A stretch of 63,390 bases of DNA, filler included, from Rhabdomonas costata (lineage: Eukaryota): the NCBI GenBank assembly GCA_019059605.1. It is 45 parts of 45 records of this genome, joined end to end, with 100 filler letters (N's around TTAATTAATTAA, not from the genome) between each part and the next. Parts side by side here need not be neighbours in the genome. Positions count along the whole stretch, not along the records: positions 1 to 1,312 come from JAHMHO010019777.1; positions 1,413 to 2,724 come from JAHMHO010019778.1; positions 2,825 to 4,136 come from JAHMHO010019779.1; positions 4,237 to 5,548 come from JAHMHO010019780.1; positions 5,649 to 6,959 come from JAHMHO010019781.1; positions 7,060 to 8,372 come from JAHMHO010019782.1; positions 8,473 to 9,783 come from JAHMHO010019783.1; positions 9,884 to 11,194 come from JAHMHO010019784.1; 37 more parts are not named here. One strand, 5' to 3'. The translations under genes were made by a program, and so were the position numbers. The notes beneath the pieces were generated by a model. That model did no database searches, was not told the DNA's origin, and saw nothing but the letters and a program-made list of their open reading frames with translations. This document shows positions 1 through 12,377 of this stretch, piece after piece (the first letter of the stretch is position 1; each line of letters opens with the position of its first letter).

Positions 1-303
1 GGGTGTGTGGGGCATAAATGCACTTACGCCTGTCATTATCTATACCAATACTCTATTCTTAAAAGAAGGTTTCATACATTTGTGTATGAAAGATGTGATG
101 ATGAATACGCAGATTTTAATATATATATGACGAGAACCTAACACAGTGTAACACAGTGAACTCTGATTATTGTCACGTGTGTCGTAAAAAAATTCAATGT
201 TCACAATAATAAATGAAATTTATCGGACCATAGAGAAATTACAGGACTAGATTTCCCGCTTCCAACGGTATTACAGAAGGGCTTGCGAAGACGACGACGT
301 TAC

Positions 304-1303
304 TTGTCAAAGCTCCCCGTGACCAGCTCCATCCCCGTGGGGGAGTAGTCCACCGCCAGTACGGCCGCGGTGTGGCCGGCGTAGGCCTTGCGGGGGCGGC
401 TGAGGGAGCGGGCATCACATAGATAGAGGTTGGTATCCTCGTTGGCCAACCCCAGCTCCATCGGCCGCATCGGGTTCCACACCACGGCGTTGGTGATGTT
501 GCGGAGGTAGAGCTTCACCACCGCCCGCTGGGCCCGGCTGGGGTGAGGGGTGAGTTTGGGGGAATGAAAGAACAATGGGTCACTGCAAGAAGTGTATCAC
601 GGGAACTGCAAGTATCTGGATGTGTTTGGACGCGTCATCTCAAAGAACAAAAACCCACAGAATGCAAACGTTTTGCCGAAAAGAAGCGAAGCGGAAATTA
701 GTGCCGTACAAAAATGCCCAAGACACCGTTCCTAAAGTTTAGCTTCAGACCAGCGCTGGGTGGAACACGTCCTTTCTTCATCCTTTCTCCATGGAGTAAC
801 CCATCCTAGTTTAAAAGCACGCTTTGACCAAGCAGTCAACAATTTTCTGGCGTAGGTGCATGATGGGTCCATCCGTCCATTTTCGGAGCATTTTACGGAT
901 GGATTTTACGCATGGATGCATTGGGCACGACGGGGGGCTCCGCACCCACCAAAAAGCAAATATGCCTGTAGGGACACATGCATCGTTCCCTAACCCCGAG
1001 CGAGACCTTCAGTCATGTCCTAGGGCACACGTATATGGGCACCTAACCCCATGCGAGTCCTACTATCATGTTATAATAGGTAGACGAAACCAAATGCACT
1101 TGATGAGCAAATGCAATAACATGAAGGGTAACCGACTTTTCGACTTTTGCAGACTCCTCTGACCTGTCAAAGAGGCAGACGGCGCGGTCCCGCATGCAGC
1201 AGGCCAGAAGGTGTGTTTCGGAGCGGTTGTAGGCCGCTGTGGAAATGGGGTCATCGCCCCAGTTAAAGCTGTGCACGGGCCTCGTGCGGTTGACGTCCCA
1301 CAG
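304..1303 (-). CDS. DCAF13: DCAF13/SOF1 WD40 protein (U3 snoRNP/SSU processome), two internal exons 1303-1164 and 537-304
   Basis: Spliced translation LWDVNRTRPVHSFNWGDDPISTAAYNRSETHLLACCMRDRAVCLFD|SRAQRAVVKLYLRNITNAVVWNPM...ANEDTNLY...GHTAAVLAVDYSPTGMELVTGSFDK matches Sof1; GT-AG borders keep the frame. Confidence 0.9.
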
Positions 1304-1312
1304 CTGTGGAAG

Positions 1313-1412
1313 NNNNNNNNNNNNNNNNNNNNNNNNNNNNNNNNNNNNNNNNNNNNTTAATTAATTAANNNNNNNNNNNNNNNNNNNNNNNNNNNNNNNN
1401 NNNNNNNNNNNN
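1313..1412. other. Artificial contig spacer (44 N + TTAATTAATTAA six-frame stop linker + 44 N); first of ~44 recurring every ~1.41 kb, the last ending at 62080
   Basis: The identical N-flanked TTAATTAATTAA linker recurs throughout the window and separates unrelated sequences. Confidence 0.99.
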
Positions 1413-1606
1413 GGTGTGGGTGGTGTCCTGCGGCAAAATGCTGGGGGCATCGATGGGGGCTGCGGAGTGGCGCGCTTGCAACATCCTGGGTGGTCCCGTG
1501 GGAACCGCAGCGGCACTGTGCCGCCTGTGCACCACTGCTGAGGTGGATGTTTTGGTGGAAGAGGAAGTCATGGAAAAGGCCCGGTTCGCCTTCCTCTTTA
1601 CTCCGG
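1413..1606 (+). CDS. Partial exon, class III adenylate/guanylate cyclase-like C-terminal part (possibly degenerate)
   Basis: GASMGAAEWRACNILGGPVGTAAALCRLC...VLVEEEV resembles the cyclase GNxG..R.F.VxG.xVNxAxRL....ILVS pattern; GTATGT donor at 1607. Confidence 0.45.
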
Positions 1607-2581
1607 TATGTGTGAGCGCAAGTGTCGGTTCAGGTCGTCGTGGATTGGCTGAGAGTGTTGTCGTGGTCCGCATGCTCATTAATTACCACAAAAATAAAAC
1701 ACACGTAGAGAATTCACGAAGTGATTGGGGTGGCCGAGTGACACATCTGCCTTGAATTTGTTCGTAAATGCACGCTGATGTGGAAAATGCGCTCTCGTGT
1801 TGGCTTTCAAGCACGTCAGATGTTCTTGTTTTCTAGTGTCTATCGCTCGCTGACTGGCAGCCTGGACTTGTGCCAACAGTTGTATCGAAGTGCCACTTTC
1901 CCCACACAACCACATCAGCCGGGGGGGGGGGGCACTTTTTCTGCGAAACGCCTGGCATTGCGACAGAGAGCGCAAGTGAGTCAGCACGGTTGCACCTGTG
2001 CATCAAAACGATGGCGAGCGACTGCGATGGCGTATGATGATGATGGCAGCTCTGTTGCGAGTTGGGGGGTGGCTCTGTTGCGTTGAGAGTGTAAAATTCC
2101 ACGAGAGAGACGGAGATTCGAGAAGAAAGGGAAAAGAGACCACATTTCCTCCCAGTACGTTCGTTAGTATGCGAAGAACTGCAACGGGACTCTTCTTCAA
2201 GCTCGTTTCTGGAAGAACTCACTGTCGAGGCAGTGGACGGAGACAATGCCAAGCTGTCAAAGAAACTGGGGTCCCGTAACACAGGAAAAACTTTCCGAAC
2301 AATGCTCAACGTCAGTGTAAAATAAACTTTTGGTGCTTCATCATAACTTATGGAGTTGAATATTCGCGGAGATTCAATTGAAAAAGTTAGCTTTCGCAAG
2401 GTTCGCAAACTTCCGCAGTGGTTGAAGAGGGACGACAAGAAACACTTCTACTTGGGAATAACAAAATCAGCAAAATTTCGTATCGCTGGTTGCATCAAGC
2501 GCCAACTGCACACAGAAAACAAACTTGCTGCTCTTTCACGTCACTTTGTGGTGGAGACGCTGACGTTTTCCGCTTGGGGGT

Positions 2582-2718
2582 TTGGAAACAAGACAAAGAA
2601 GTTGGTCTGCTCGGAGAACAGGTAGAATCGTGGCGCTTTAAAAACGTACCAAACGTCTTGGAAGAGGCGGGCTTCTACCTGTTCTCCGAGCAGACCAACT
2701 TCTTTGTCTTGTTTCCAA
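2582..2718. repeat. Perfect 46-bp inverted repeat (2582-2627 / 2673-2718) at a contig end
   Basis: ttggaaacaagacaaagaagttggtctgctcggagaacaggtagaa is followed 45 nt later by its exact reverse complement. Confidence 0.9.
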
Positions 2719-3488
2719 CCCCACNNNNNNNNNNNNNNNNNNNNNNNNNNNNNNNNNNNNNNNNNNNNTTAATTAATTAANNNNNNNNNNNNNNNNNNNN
2801 NNNNNNNNNNNNNNNNNNNNNNNNAAAAAGATTGAGAAGAAAGAAAGAGGGGGCCGTCAAAAGAGAAGAGAATGTTCAGGAAGGTGATGAGAAGCAAGAG
2901 ACATGGGGGAAACGTCAGTAATTTTACCATAATATATGTTGTAGCAGGGACGCAAGCAACAGTTGCAGTACGTAATTTAACACGTTCTAATTGTGAAGGG
3001 AAATCTTGGGGCCGTTTATCAGTTACATAGGGAGGGGGGGGGTGATTTGCCTCGGTTGGTGCGCATGTACCGCGAAATTTGGTCCCAGAAAAAACACTGT
3101 GCAACGCCATTCTCTCTTTTATTTGTTCTAAGCCGTGCACGTTCTAAAAGAAGGGTCCTGCCCTAAGCCAAGTTCACACACGTGCTTGGAAACCCAAAAT
3201 TAGCGTTCGTATTTTGTTTAACTTTAATTTTACCATTTAACTTTAACTTTAATTTTTGGAATCGGCGTTATCGACTTTGATCATCTCACATAATGCGAAC
3301 AACAATTAAAAATCTCATCTCCTCAGGGCGTGCTTCACGAATCAAGAAACGTTCCACTGTTTTCATGCTGCTCTATTCGGGCTATTTTTACGTAACAATA
3401 TTCGTTTTATTTTTTTTTTCATAAGCGCAATTCTGTCAGGCCCACAGGAGGACATGAAGTGTTCTCCACACGCGTGCACAAGGCAAAC

Positions 3489-3787
3489 CTGTGACCAGGT
3501 CAACCTCCACCACCGAGGTGACGGTGGCATCATCAAAGTGCACCCGCTTGCAGAATTGCTTACACTTCCACCACGGGCCAAGGTCCCGCTCCGACTTGCA
3601 GACTTTCACCCGTGGCTTCCCAGGCCGCATCCAGCTGGTCAGCACCCGGTTCCCAGAGGGGAAATATCCATGCACAACAGTAATGTAAGACCGCACGACC
3701 TGCCGTGACTGGAAAGCCGCGCGGAATTCATCGTAGACCTCAGGGTCCAGCGCCACAAGCACCGCTCCGGACGCAAGCGTGTCGATC
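3489..3787 (-). CDS. RluA-family RNA pseudouridine synthase, internal exon
   Basis: (H)RIDTLASGAVLVA matches the catalytic HRLDxxTSG motif; FQSRQVVRSYITVVHG; ends VEVDLVTG just before the expected GRTHQ; AG/GT borders. Confidence 0.85.
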
Positions 3788-4587
3788 CTGAAGCAAGCGA
3801 GCCAACGCTATGCTACGCAGGGCAATCGTACCAAATTTGAGAAGAACATTGAGAATAGAGATTTGAGGATCATCTTCGTAGAACTGAAGTTTCCCTCGTG
3901 TCCCTTCCTTCTCATTCTTAGACATTCTCTTTTCTTTTGACGGCCCTCCTCTGTCTTTCTTCTCTGCTTCTTTTTGACGGGTTAGCAGTCTCTGAACTGC
4001 CACGGCCCCAACGCTGTACACAACTCACTTTGGTTGTGAAACTGAAAGGAGTTGTATGCCTTTCCTCCCGCTGCATTCTCCTGGACACCGGGAAAAGAAT
4101 CCGAGGAAAAAATGCTTTTCGGTCAACCCCACCACCNNNNNNNNNNNNNNNNNNNNNNNNNNNNNNNNNNNNNNNNNNNNTTAATTAATTAANNNNNNNN
4201 NNNNNNNNNNNNNNNNNNNNNNNNNNNNNNNNNNNNGTGGTTTTTTCCTATTTCCCTAACTTTCCAGGAGTAGAAAACAGGTTTAGAAACAAAAAATATA
4301 ATGTAAGTTATAAATAAAACGAGCCGCCAGAAGGGCCACCACCAGGGGGTGCAAGGAAGGCCTCGCAGCTTTTTCTTTTGCCCTATACAGTCAAAAATGG
4401 AGACGCTTCGGCTTCCGCCCCCAAGAGAGGTTTACATCAAGGAGTTCTTCTCTATTTTGAGGAAATTTCTTGAGCGACTTGAAATCCTGAAACCCAGTCG
4501 TACGCGGCATGCAAGCTGTTGATACTTCTGCCGCTGCTTTTCTGCAACAGTGTTACTTATTGCCTCTGTCACAATCGCTGCACACAG

Positions 4588-4746
4588 GTTCTCAAGTGGT
4601 GGTCCACACAGCGCCGCAAGCCCCCATTCCCCGTGTTGGATTACATCCAGAGGTACCAGCACTTCTACGACCATCCCTTGGTGCCCTACGACCAGGCCAA
4701 CCGTACGGCGCCCGATCAGGATCCCACCCCACCGAAGCAGTTCTGA
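4588..4746 (+). CDS. Probable terminal exon of an unknown protein
   Basis: CAG acceptor, GC3-rich codons VLKWWSTQRRKPPFPVLDYIQRYQHFYDHPLVPY...KQF* followed by UTR-like sequence. Confidence 0.4.
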   Translation, partial: VLKWWSTQRRKPPFPVLDYIQRYQHFYDHPLVPYDQANRTAPDQDPTPPKQF

Positions 4747-5689
4747 AACTCCGGCCTGTGACATTGCCGAGTTTGCTGCGAACAGGGATGGTGGTGGGAG
4801 AGCTGTCACTACCCTTCGAAATACGTGCGTTTGGGTGCTTGTGGGTTTCGGCAGTCAGCACTTTTGTCGGGGCAGAATATCGGCCTTGTCCCCAATCAGG
4901 ACGCCCCCAACGATGCAATGGTCATAACCGGTTAATAGTATAGACCAGTCATATGTCCCTCACTGCTCGCTACTTTCCAACCGAATTGAACCAATCGGCA
5001 CCTGACGAAAGGCTGCCACTCATATTGACTGCTTTTATCTGCACATCGCACATTCTTGTCGAATGTTTTTTGTACTATTCGCTCGGGTTCTTGGAGAGCT
5101 GGTGACAGTGATTGGATGTATTGGGGGTAAGGGTTTCGAGTCGGAGACGGGGTGTAACCGCCATCAGACCAGCTTACAATGCAGGGTGAGAATCTGCGCG
5201 CCGCACACCAGAGCAGACGAAGACTGCAGAAAATCCCTATTCGTTAGGTTAGGTATTATTCAGTCGCTTTCATTCCCCTTGTAATGTGCCTGTCTCTTCC
5301 TCCTTTCCCTCCCTCTTCCTCTGCAATGTAAATGTACAAATTCTTGGTCCTCAGGAGTCCTTTCCCCCGCATTCACCTCTTCGATCCTTCTCTATCAGTG
5401 TTGCCGTCTTTTTGTTGAACACTTGGCTACCTGCTGCTGCATTCTGGCTCATCATCTCTTTCATTCTGGCTCATCATCTCTTTTGCTCCGCCACACCTTG
5501 CTTCGCTTTTGCTCTGCTCTGGTCCTTCCACCCCACAACCCAACACAANNNNNNNNNNNNNNNNNNNNNNNNNNNNNNNNNNNNNNNNNNNNTTAATTAA
5601 TTAANNNNNNNNNNNNNNNNNNNNNNNNNNNNNNNNNNNNNNNNNNNNCTTCTCCACGGTGAGGGGGACCAGGGCTGAGGGCGTAGAGG

Positions 5690-5967
5690 GCCAATCGGTG
5701 GCAATTGCTCCAGGAGCTGCTTTCCTCTGATTGAAATCACCGCAGCGGAGCAGCTCAGCCAGATGCTCAGGGACACACATTCTTTGTATTCTTTGAATTG
5801 TGCGGGTCCTCTAATGCCAAAGGGAGGCGGAGCACGACCTTCCACTCCGGCGCGAGGAACACATCAACCAGCGCACGGAACTGCTGGCATACCTGCCGCA
5901 GGATTAGCTGAATCAGTAAATTAGTGCAACGAAATATGCAAACCAGCACGTCGTAAAGGGGGGACAT
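5690..5967 (-). pseudogene. F-box protein N-terminus, frameshifted paralog of the F-box/LRR gene at 28236-29438
   Basis: LYDVLVCIFRC...QLILRQVCQQFRALVDVFLAPEWKVVLRLP, then in another frame SIWLSCSAAVISI; both segments match the 29-kb gene. Confidence 0.65.
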
Positions 5968-7069
5968 CGCCAGCGTGGAGGCAAAAGATTATAGAATGCC
6001 TTTTCGTAGCCAGGAGGGACGAAAACATGACACACTTTCTTAGCTAGCACACCGATGCAATGCAACTTTCATCCCAAGAAATAAGTTCTCTGATGCTGCA
6101 GATGCGCATAACGGAGGTGAAGGATCGAGTTTGAAAGCGCCTTGCTGTTTCGCAATGCATAAATATTCTCCCCAGTCTGCACATTTCTGGTCTCAAACGC
6201 TGCTTGATTCATTCATTCATGCACGTTCAGCCCCCCTCCCCCTCAAGGCAAGACCAGCTAAGATAACGCACACATATAAGCACACACATCACATCAACCT
6301 CCCTCCTTGAGAAAGCGATGCAAGGACCTAGTGAGCAAAGAACCAGTGTCACGCCGGACGATTAAAGCAGTTGAAAAAGGAGACGCATTGCCCGGGTCAC
6401 CTCAAAAGTGAGAATTTTTCTCGTTGTACGTGAAAGTTTACGATTCGGATGACTTTTGGAGCGAAAAAAAAAGGGTAAAAAAACCTCACTGTTTCGCTGC
6501 CTAACAGTCCAAAGGGCCCTTTTTTCTTGCATGTTTTGGGCTTTTCACTGAGTTCTCATTTTTGACCCGACGCGGAGCATTCGTCCACTGCGGTGAACCA
6601 GAGGCAGCCCCACAAGTAACAAAAGAGATACACCACACTGTTACATCGAATAAAGATCAGAGCAGACAGTCGCAATAGAACTCGGCACCTGTGTCAGAGA
6701 AATGCCAAGCAAATGCAAATAAACGCGTCCACACACGAACGCGGATAAAAGCATCACAGGGCTGGCAGAAAAACGCGCCAGCTATCAGGAAAAGGACCCG
6801 AACGGAACCTTAAAAACCCCTTTGGGGCTGCCGGTCAGCAGCCCTGTCCTTCAATCGGAAATGTAGAAGGCCAAAACAAAAGAGTCTGCTGAATATAAGC
6901 AGCAGGTCTTTCCGTTTCCGTTTCCCTTCGCTGTTTCCTCAGCTCTTGCGGGCAACCCANNNNNNNNNNNNNNNNNNNNNNNNNNNNNNNNNNNNNNNNN
7001 NNNTTAATTAATTAANNNNNNNNNNNNNNNNNNNNNNNNNNNNNNNNNNNNNNNNNNNNGTGTGTGTGC

Positions 7070-7116
7070 TCACACACACACACACACACACACACACTCT
7101 CTCTCTCTCTCTCTCT
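7070..7116. repeat. (CA)n(CT)n microsatellite
   Basis: Read directly; similar tracts at ~14225-14260, 35850-35880, 49693-49721 and 59274-59320. Confidence 0.95.
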
Positions 7117-7731
7117 CCTGATGTTCTCTTTCCGCACACTCTCTGTTGCAGGTGAGAGTTCCGTTAAGGACTCTCTTCTGCAGCCATTTACTCGCCCATT
7201 TCCGATGAAGAGGTGTGGGTCACAAGTATCTGCCTGGGATGAGAGGTGAAATGAGTTACCAAAAGGTCTTACAAAAGGACTACTTCCTTGCTTTGGAAGC
7301 ACCTCAGTATTCCTTCCGCTTTCCTTTTTTATTTTTCATTTGCAATATGCAGACATTTCCTGATTCCTGCGTGTGGTTGTAGATGTAACTTTGATCCTCC
7401 ACTTTCAACATGCCTGTACCTGTACCTGTTGCTTGAAACCAAGTGAGTTTTGTGTGTTACGCTCATGAGCTCGCTCCACAACACTGCAAAGCCCTGCAGA
7501 CTTCCCCTTTTCTGACACTCGTGAGAGTTAATCACCCCAAGAAGCGACCCCATGCACCTCCCATGGCCATCCATGTGAATGTTAAAGCGTACTTCTCCAT
7601 AAGAAACAATATTTGGCTCCCTACCGAAGACTTTCACTGTTGCGCAGATCGAATGAGGAATTAGGCGCACGTGCGCTGGCAATACGGCACAAAAGGCAAG
7701 GTGACATCCGAGGGGGGGGGTGAGCACGTAC

Positions 7732-7877
7732 GCTGTGCATATTGAGGGAGGTGATGAGGTAGTAGGCTGAGTAGCCCAGGAGGTACAGCCCCGTGCTTGT
7801 GGGGGACAGAAAGGCCCTCCACCACCAGTGGTAGTCCTCGCGGCAGAGCTGAAGGTAGGCCAGCACCACGGAGACCT
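7732..7877 (-). CDS. TM9SF: TM9SF/EMP70 nonaspanin, internal exon
   Basis: EVSVVLAYLQLCREDYHWWWRAFL is the nonaspanin signature; CAG acceptor and GTACGT donor. Confidence 0.92.
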
Positions 7878-10657
7878 CTGAGCAGCACAGCGCTCGTAAT
7901 CAAGTACAACAGCAAGGAAAGGGAAGGAAAAAGAAAGCCTTTTAGCATGGGAAAAATGGCCGCTGCTCGCCCTGGGAAAAAACGCGGACTTCCCTCAACT
8001 TTTTTTTTCCGAGGTAGCTCTTTCATCCCACCTTACACAAAGAGCAAAAGAGGACGTCTTCAGGCGAAACAAAACCTGCACATGACGGACATTTCACCTC
8101 CACTACGGGGTAATTTCTGGAACGGAAAAAACTGGATGGAGGTCAGGAGGTCAGCAATGATAAAGTTGGAGAAAGGAGGGCCTTTGTCCATTTTCTCGGA
8201 AACCGCAGATGACCTCCTTGAGAACCGCGCGTCACCCCTCCTGGACATATTGGCTCGGGACAACACACACTGACCCTTTGTGAAACCCTCACGCTGACCC
8301 TTTGTGCATGCTATCCCGAGGGAGCTTGAAGAGAGCAGAAATGATAATAGAGAGAGTCTTGGCACAAAAACCNNNNNNNNNNNNNNNNNNNNNNNNNNNN
8401 NNNNNNNNNNNNNNNNTTAATTAATTAANNNNNNNNNNNNNNNNNNNNNNNNNNNNNNNNNNNNNNNNNNNNGCTTCCTGAACACGCCTCGGAGAGCAGT
8501 GCTGGAGGCTGTGGAATACTGGCTTCAGACATCTCAGTGCTGCACATGCAGACAGCCGTCCTTCGCGATCTCCAAGGATGGAAAGGCGGGCGATCATCGC
8601 GGGCGCCCGTCTTCTATCCATTACTGGGAGATCACGGCTGTGCAGCTGCTCACAGTTTGCGCGTGGGACCTCAAGCATGACGACCTCTTTGAGGCGCAGG
8701 CTGGGACTGGTGTGAAGGTGCTGCGGCAGAGGAAGGGGTTGCTCATTGAGGGGCACCTCTCCGCTGCATACGTGGAACTGGTTGCACTTAAGAGGGAACA
8801 TGTGTGGCCACCCTCCGTTCGTGGGCTTCCCAGCCCGCTATCGGGACAACTTCTTTGTGGTGGTTTCGGCGGAGAGAACTGCTGCTGAGCGGGAGGGGAA
8901 TGCGGCTGAGCTGAGTGAGTTGCTGCTGTTGGATTTGAGCGGGCAGGCAGGGTTGCGCGGTGCCTGGCTGCGGCTGGTCTGAGGAGCGAAGCCGCGGTGA
9001 AAGCCACCTTGGCGTATCGGACGGACGCCGACCGCCAGGGCGAAAGCGGCGACATGAGAACCTGACCGGAGTGGCAGGATCCACGTGCGCCTGCTTAACT
9101 GCGCGGGGTGCTGGCCGGGCTGGCCTCCAAACTGTTGCGGTACGTGGATCCTGGCATTGGAGGCCTTCCGGCCTCCATCCGCCAGGCTATCGGCAGGGTC
9201 CCACAAGGTCTTCTCCCAACAAACCGCAGTTGCTTCTACAGTGACGACAAACTGCGGCGCCCGCCGAACAAGTGGCAAGCCCGTCATCGATGCCTTCACC
9301 TCCGCGCGGAGCTGATTGAGCACCTTCGCAGACACGGGGCAGGGGAACACCAGCCGCGGCACAGTGCACAGCTTGCTCAGCCGCGGATGAAGCTGCCAGC
9401 TTGCCGCGCAACCTTAGCTGCCAGTTCACAGTCCCTAGTTCACAGCACCTGTGCCACCAGCACTGGCCGCAGCAGCTGGAGGCCACAAGCCGCACACGAA
9501 GCTTCAACACCCAGCAGTCTCACCACTGCACCCTCCGACACACCGTTCACATTGTTTACCGGTGAGAGCCACCGGAAGGACCACCAGCCCCCAGCCCAGC
9601 CTTCTCCAGCGCCCTGTAGAGGTCTGGGGCTCCTGGTACCGCCTTCCAGAGGCGCGCGATTCCAGAGCGTCACCAGACTCAGATGCTCCCTCAGCCTTGA
9701 GTACGGTGCACGTGGTTTTAAAACCAACAGCACTTACATACACCTTCGCAAGAACGTGAGAGAGAAGAAAGTACACTAAATGCNNNNNNNNNNNNNNNNN
9801 NNNNNNNNNNNNNNNNNNNNNNNNNNNTTAATTAATTAANNNNNNNNNNNNNNNNNNNNNNNNNNNNNNNNNNNNNNNNNNNNTACGCTGTCTACACTCT
9901 TTAATACAACCAGCTCCCTTTTCTACCGCCAGTTTCGTGTTCTCGGTTACCTTCAGTGACTTTCCCATCCTGCGTCCCAGACAGTAATCTTCCTTGCTCC
10001 TGGGTACCACCTCACGTAACCACGTAACGGCATACACTCCCTCGGTTTCTTCCTCTCCGCCAGTGGAAAACTGTCCTTCACAGTCCAATTCTCGTTCAAC
10101 TTCCAGCCAGACCGACCCGTAGGGTGTGCAATTATTATAAAACGTTCATTGTGCGTTTCTCGTTTTTTTTCCTGCGGGACCGAGAAACAAAAGTTTCCGA
10201 AAAAACCATTGATGAAACAAAAGCGGCGGTCCCGTCTATTTTTTTTTGGGGGGGGGGTCGTTGTGATTGTATAACAGCGTTGTACAGGCATGTAACCCTT
10301 CTCTGCCTTTCCGCGGTCTTTCACGTTGGTGGGAACTCATTCCTTGCTAAGCTTTAGCCAACCAGTGCTGGGACAGACTTATTTTAGGGCGTCCTACGCG
10401 TGGTGACGCATGTCAATCGAAGCAATTACACTGATGATAGGGGGTCACGGATACCCTTCGTTTAGTAACTGGCTTCGCCGCCTGACGGTGATATTTCATT
10501 TACCCCGCCCCACTCCAAGTAGGTAGAGCCCACTGAGGGTACCTGGCAGCTGTGCCCCAAAAATGAGAATGCAACCATCTGTCATCAGAGATACGGGGTA
10601 CTCGTGCGGAAAACTAACACAGATACAGGAAAATATTAGAAAAGAGACATCAAGAAC

Positions 10658-11194
10658 CTGCTTGTAGGTGATGCCCCAGCGGATGCGCAGTTCCTCCCAT
10701 CCAGTCGTCCCAGTGGGGTGCACAAACGAACATCCCGGGTGTTGGCACAGCCCGGACAGGAAGCACAGACAGACCTGCCCGAAGGTCTCGTGCTCCTGAA
10801 AAAACAGGTAGGGAGGCACACCACACACAACCTCTGATACGAGTGTACCAGAAGTCAGTACCGTTCATAGGAGCACACACACAGTTCAGCATTTGACAGC
10901 TTGCCGAAAAGGTAAACCCGCCAACAACGCGGAAAGGTCTGACTACAAATGCCCCCTTGCCCTACCTTTACAATGCTGTTGAGGTACGCCGAGAGGTTCT
11001 TCACGCGCTGCAGGTCGATCGCCGCAAGGCTGAGCAGGACTTGCGTCTGGAACTTCCACGGACGTGCCGCCAGCGCGGCCACCGAGGCGGCGTCCAGGTC
11101 CGCCTCGGAGACCCCCCAAATCTCGCCCAGGACTTCCCAGCCCAGCCGCGGCGACACCCCGGAGGCCTCCTCCGAGGTCCGCTCCCACACCACC
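10658..11194 (-). CDS. Putative RNA-binding protein: hnRNP-Q acidic-domain-like region plus CCCH zinc finger (exons 11194-10966 and 10795-10658)
   Basis: LDAASVAALAARP...IDLQRVKNLSAYLNSIVK resembles hnRNP Q AcD (LDERAIEAL...DLSHVQNKSAFL); CLCFLSGLCQHPGCSFVH fits C-x7-C-x4-C-x3-H; GT-AG intron in phase 0. Confidence 0.6.
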
Positions 11195-11435
11195 NNNNNN
11201 NNNNNNNNNNNNNNNNNNNNNNNNNNNNNNNNNNNNNNTTAATTAATTAANNNNNNNNNNNNNNNNNNNNNNNNNNNNNNNNNNNNNNNNNNNNGGGTGG
11301 GGGGGGGTTTTTTCGTGGACTCGTTGGCAGTCGAAGTGAAGATTCCGCTCTGGCACTTTCGCGCTTCCCCAATCAGGGTTGAAATTATGTGTAACGCTTG
11401 TCGTGTGTCCTTTCCCCTGCGAAAAAATGCAACAG

Positions 11436-12377
11436 GAGTATGGCGGGGCCTCCCCGCTGATGCTGGCCTGCCAATACGGGCTGTGGGGCAAGGCCTACCA
11501 GCTTACCCGGGCAGGGGTGCACCAGCTGCAGGCCCGGGACCGCCAGGGCAACACTGCCCTGCACCACGCCGCGCGATACGGCCGCGCGGACATCGCATAC
11601 TGGCTGCTGCAGTGTGGGGCGGATGTGTGTGGCCCCTCCCGCAGCTTCATCCCCCCTCATGCCCCCATGCAAGTGTTCCAGCTTCGTTGACGTCTTGCCC
11701 GCGCACGCTCCGTTCCGAGCTGTGGATGTGTTGTCTGCGTCACCTTTCAGAATGCGCACGTCAGATTTGGTGGATTTGTGACCTTATCTTGGTCTTTTGT
11801 GCAGTGGTCCGAGATTTCCAGTCTGCTTAGAAAGCGTTCGCTAAGTTTTCTTTGAAACAATGGGCAATGAACAATTTAGTTTTGACCCTTCAATGCTTCT
11901 CTTGTATTGTCGAATTTAACTTTAAATTTAAATTTCGTCTTTCCTCCTGTTTTCCGAGGTACGCCGGCAATAGAGAGGACCCCACACCCACTATTGTTTT
12001 CATCAGCAAGGGAATGCGTGTACAATTGTCTCAGCATTCCAATTTTAGCTAAAGTTCCCGGTATTCTTGTTCAGTGTTTTGTGCCGATGGTACTCATATT
12101 AATCAAATTCAGCGTTGGACAGGCGGGGGGAGGGGGCCTACGTTCCTTGTCCCGATGACCTCATTTAGCTCGAGGCTCGCAACGAGAGTGGGCTGACCCC
12201 CCGCGAGGTGGCCACTCCTTGGGTGCGGGAAGTTCTGGACCCGCACGCCCGTCTTAGCTTCGGCCTGCTAGCCGCGGTGAAGGCCACGAGGGACCTCCGG
12301 AAGCTCATCCTGAGGGCCAAGGAGCTCACCTTGGAGGCCGCCGCGCTGCCTCTGGACACCATTGGGGAGCCGATCAA
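11436..12377 (+). CDS. Ankyrin-repeat protein (exons 11436-11624 and 12169-~12377)
   Basis: SPLMLACQYG...DRQGNTALHHAARYGRADIAYWLLQCGAD|LEARNESGLTPREVA; splicing restores the ankyrin consensus. Confidence 0.88.

Noticed and set aside
1357-1368. Regularly spaced TTAATTAATTAA as a CRISPR-like or biological repeat
   Set aside because: It is always embedded in N runs and is an artificial six-frame stop linker
2582-2718. 46-bp inverted repeat as a MITE or miRNA hairpin
   Set aside because: It is perfect and ends at the contig end, so a fold-back amplification or assembly artefact is more likely
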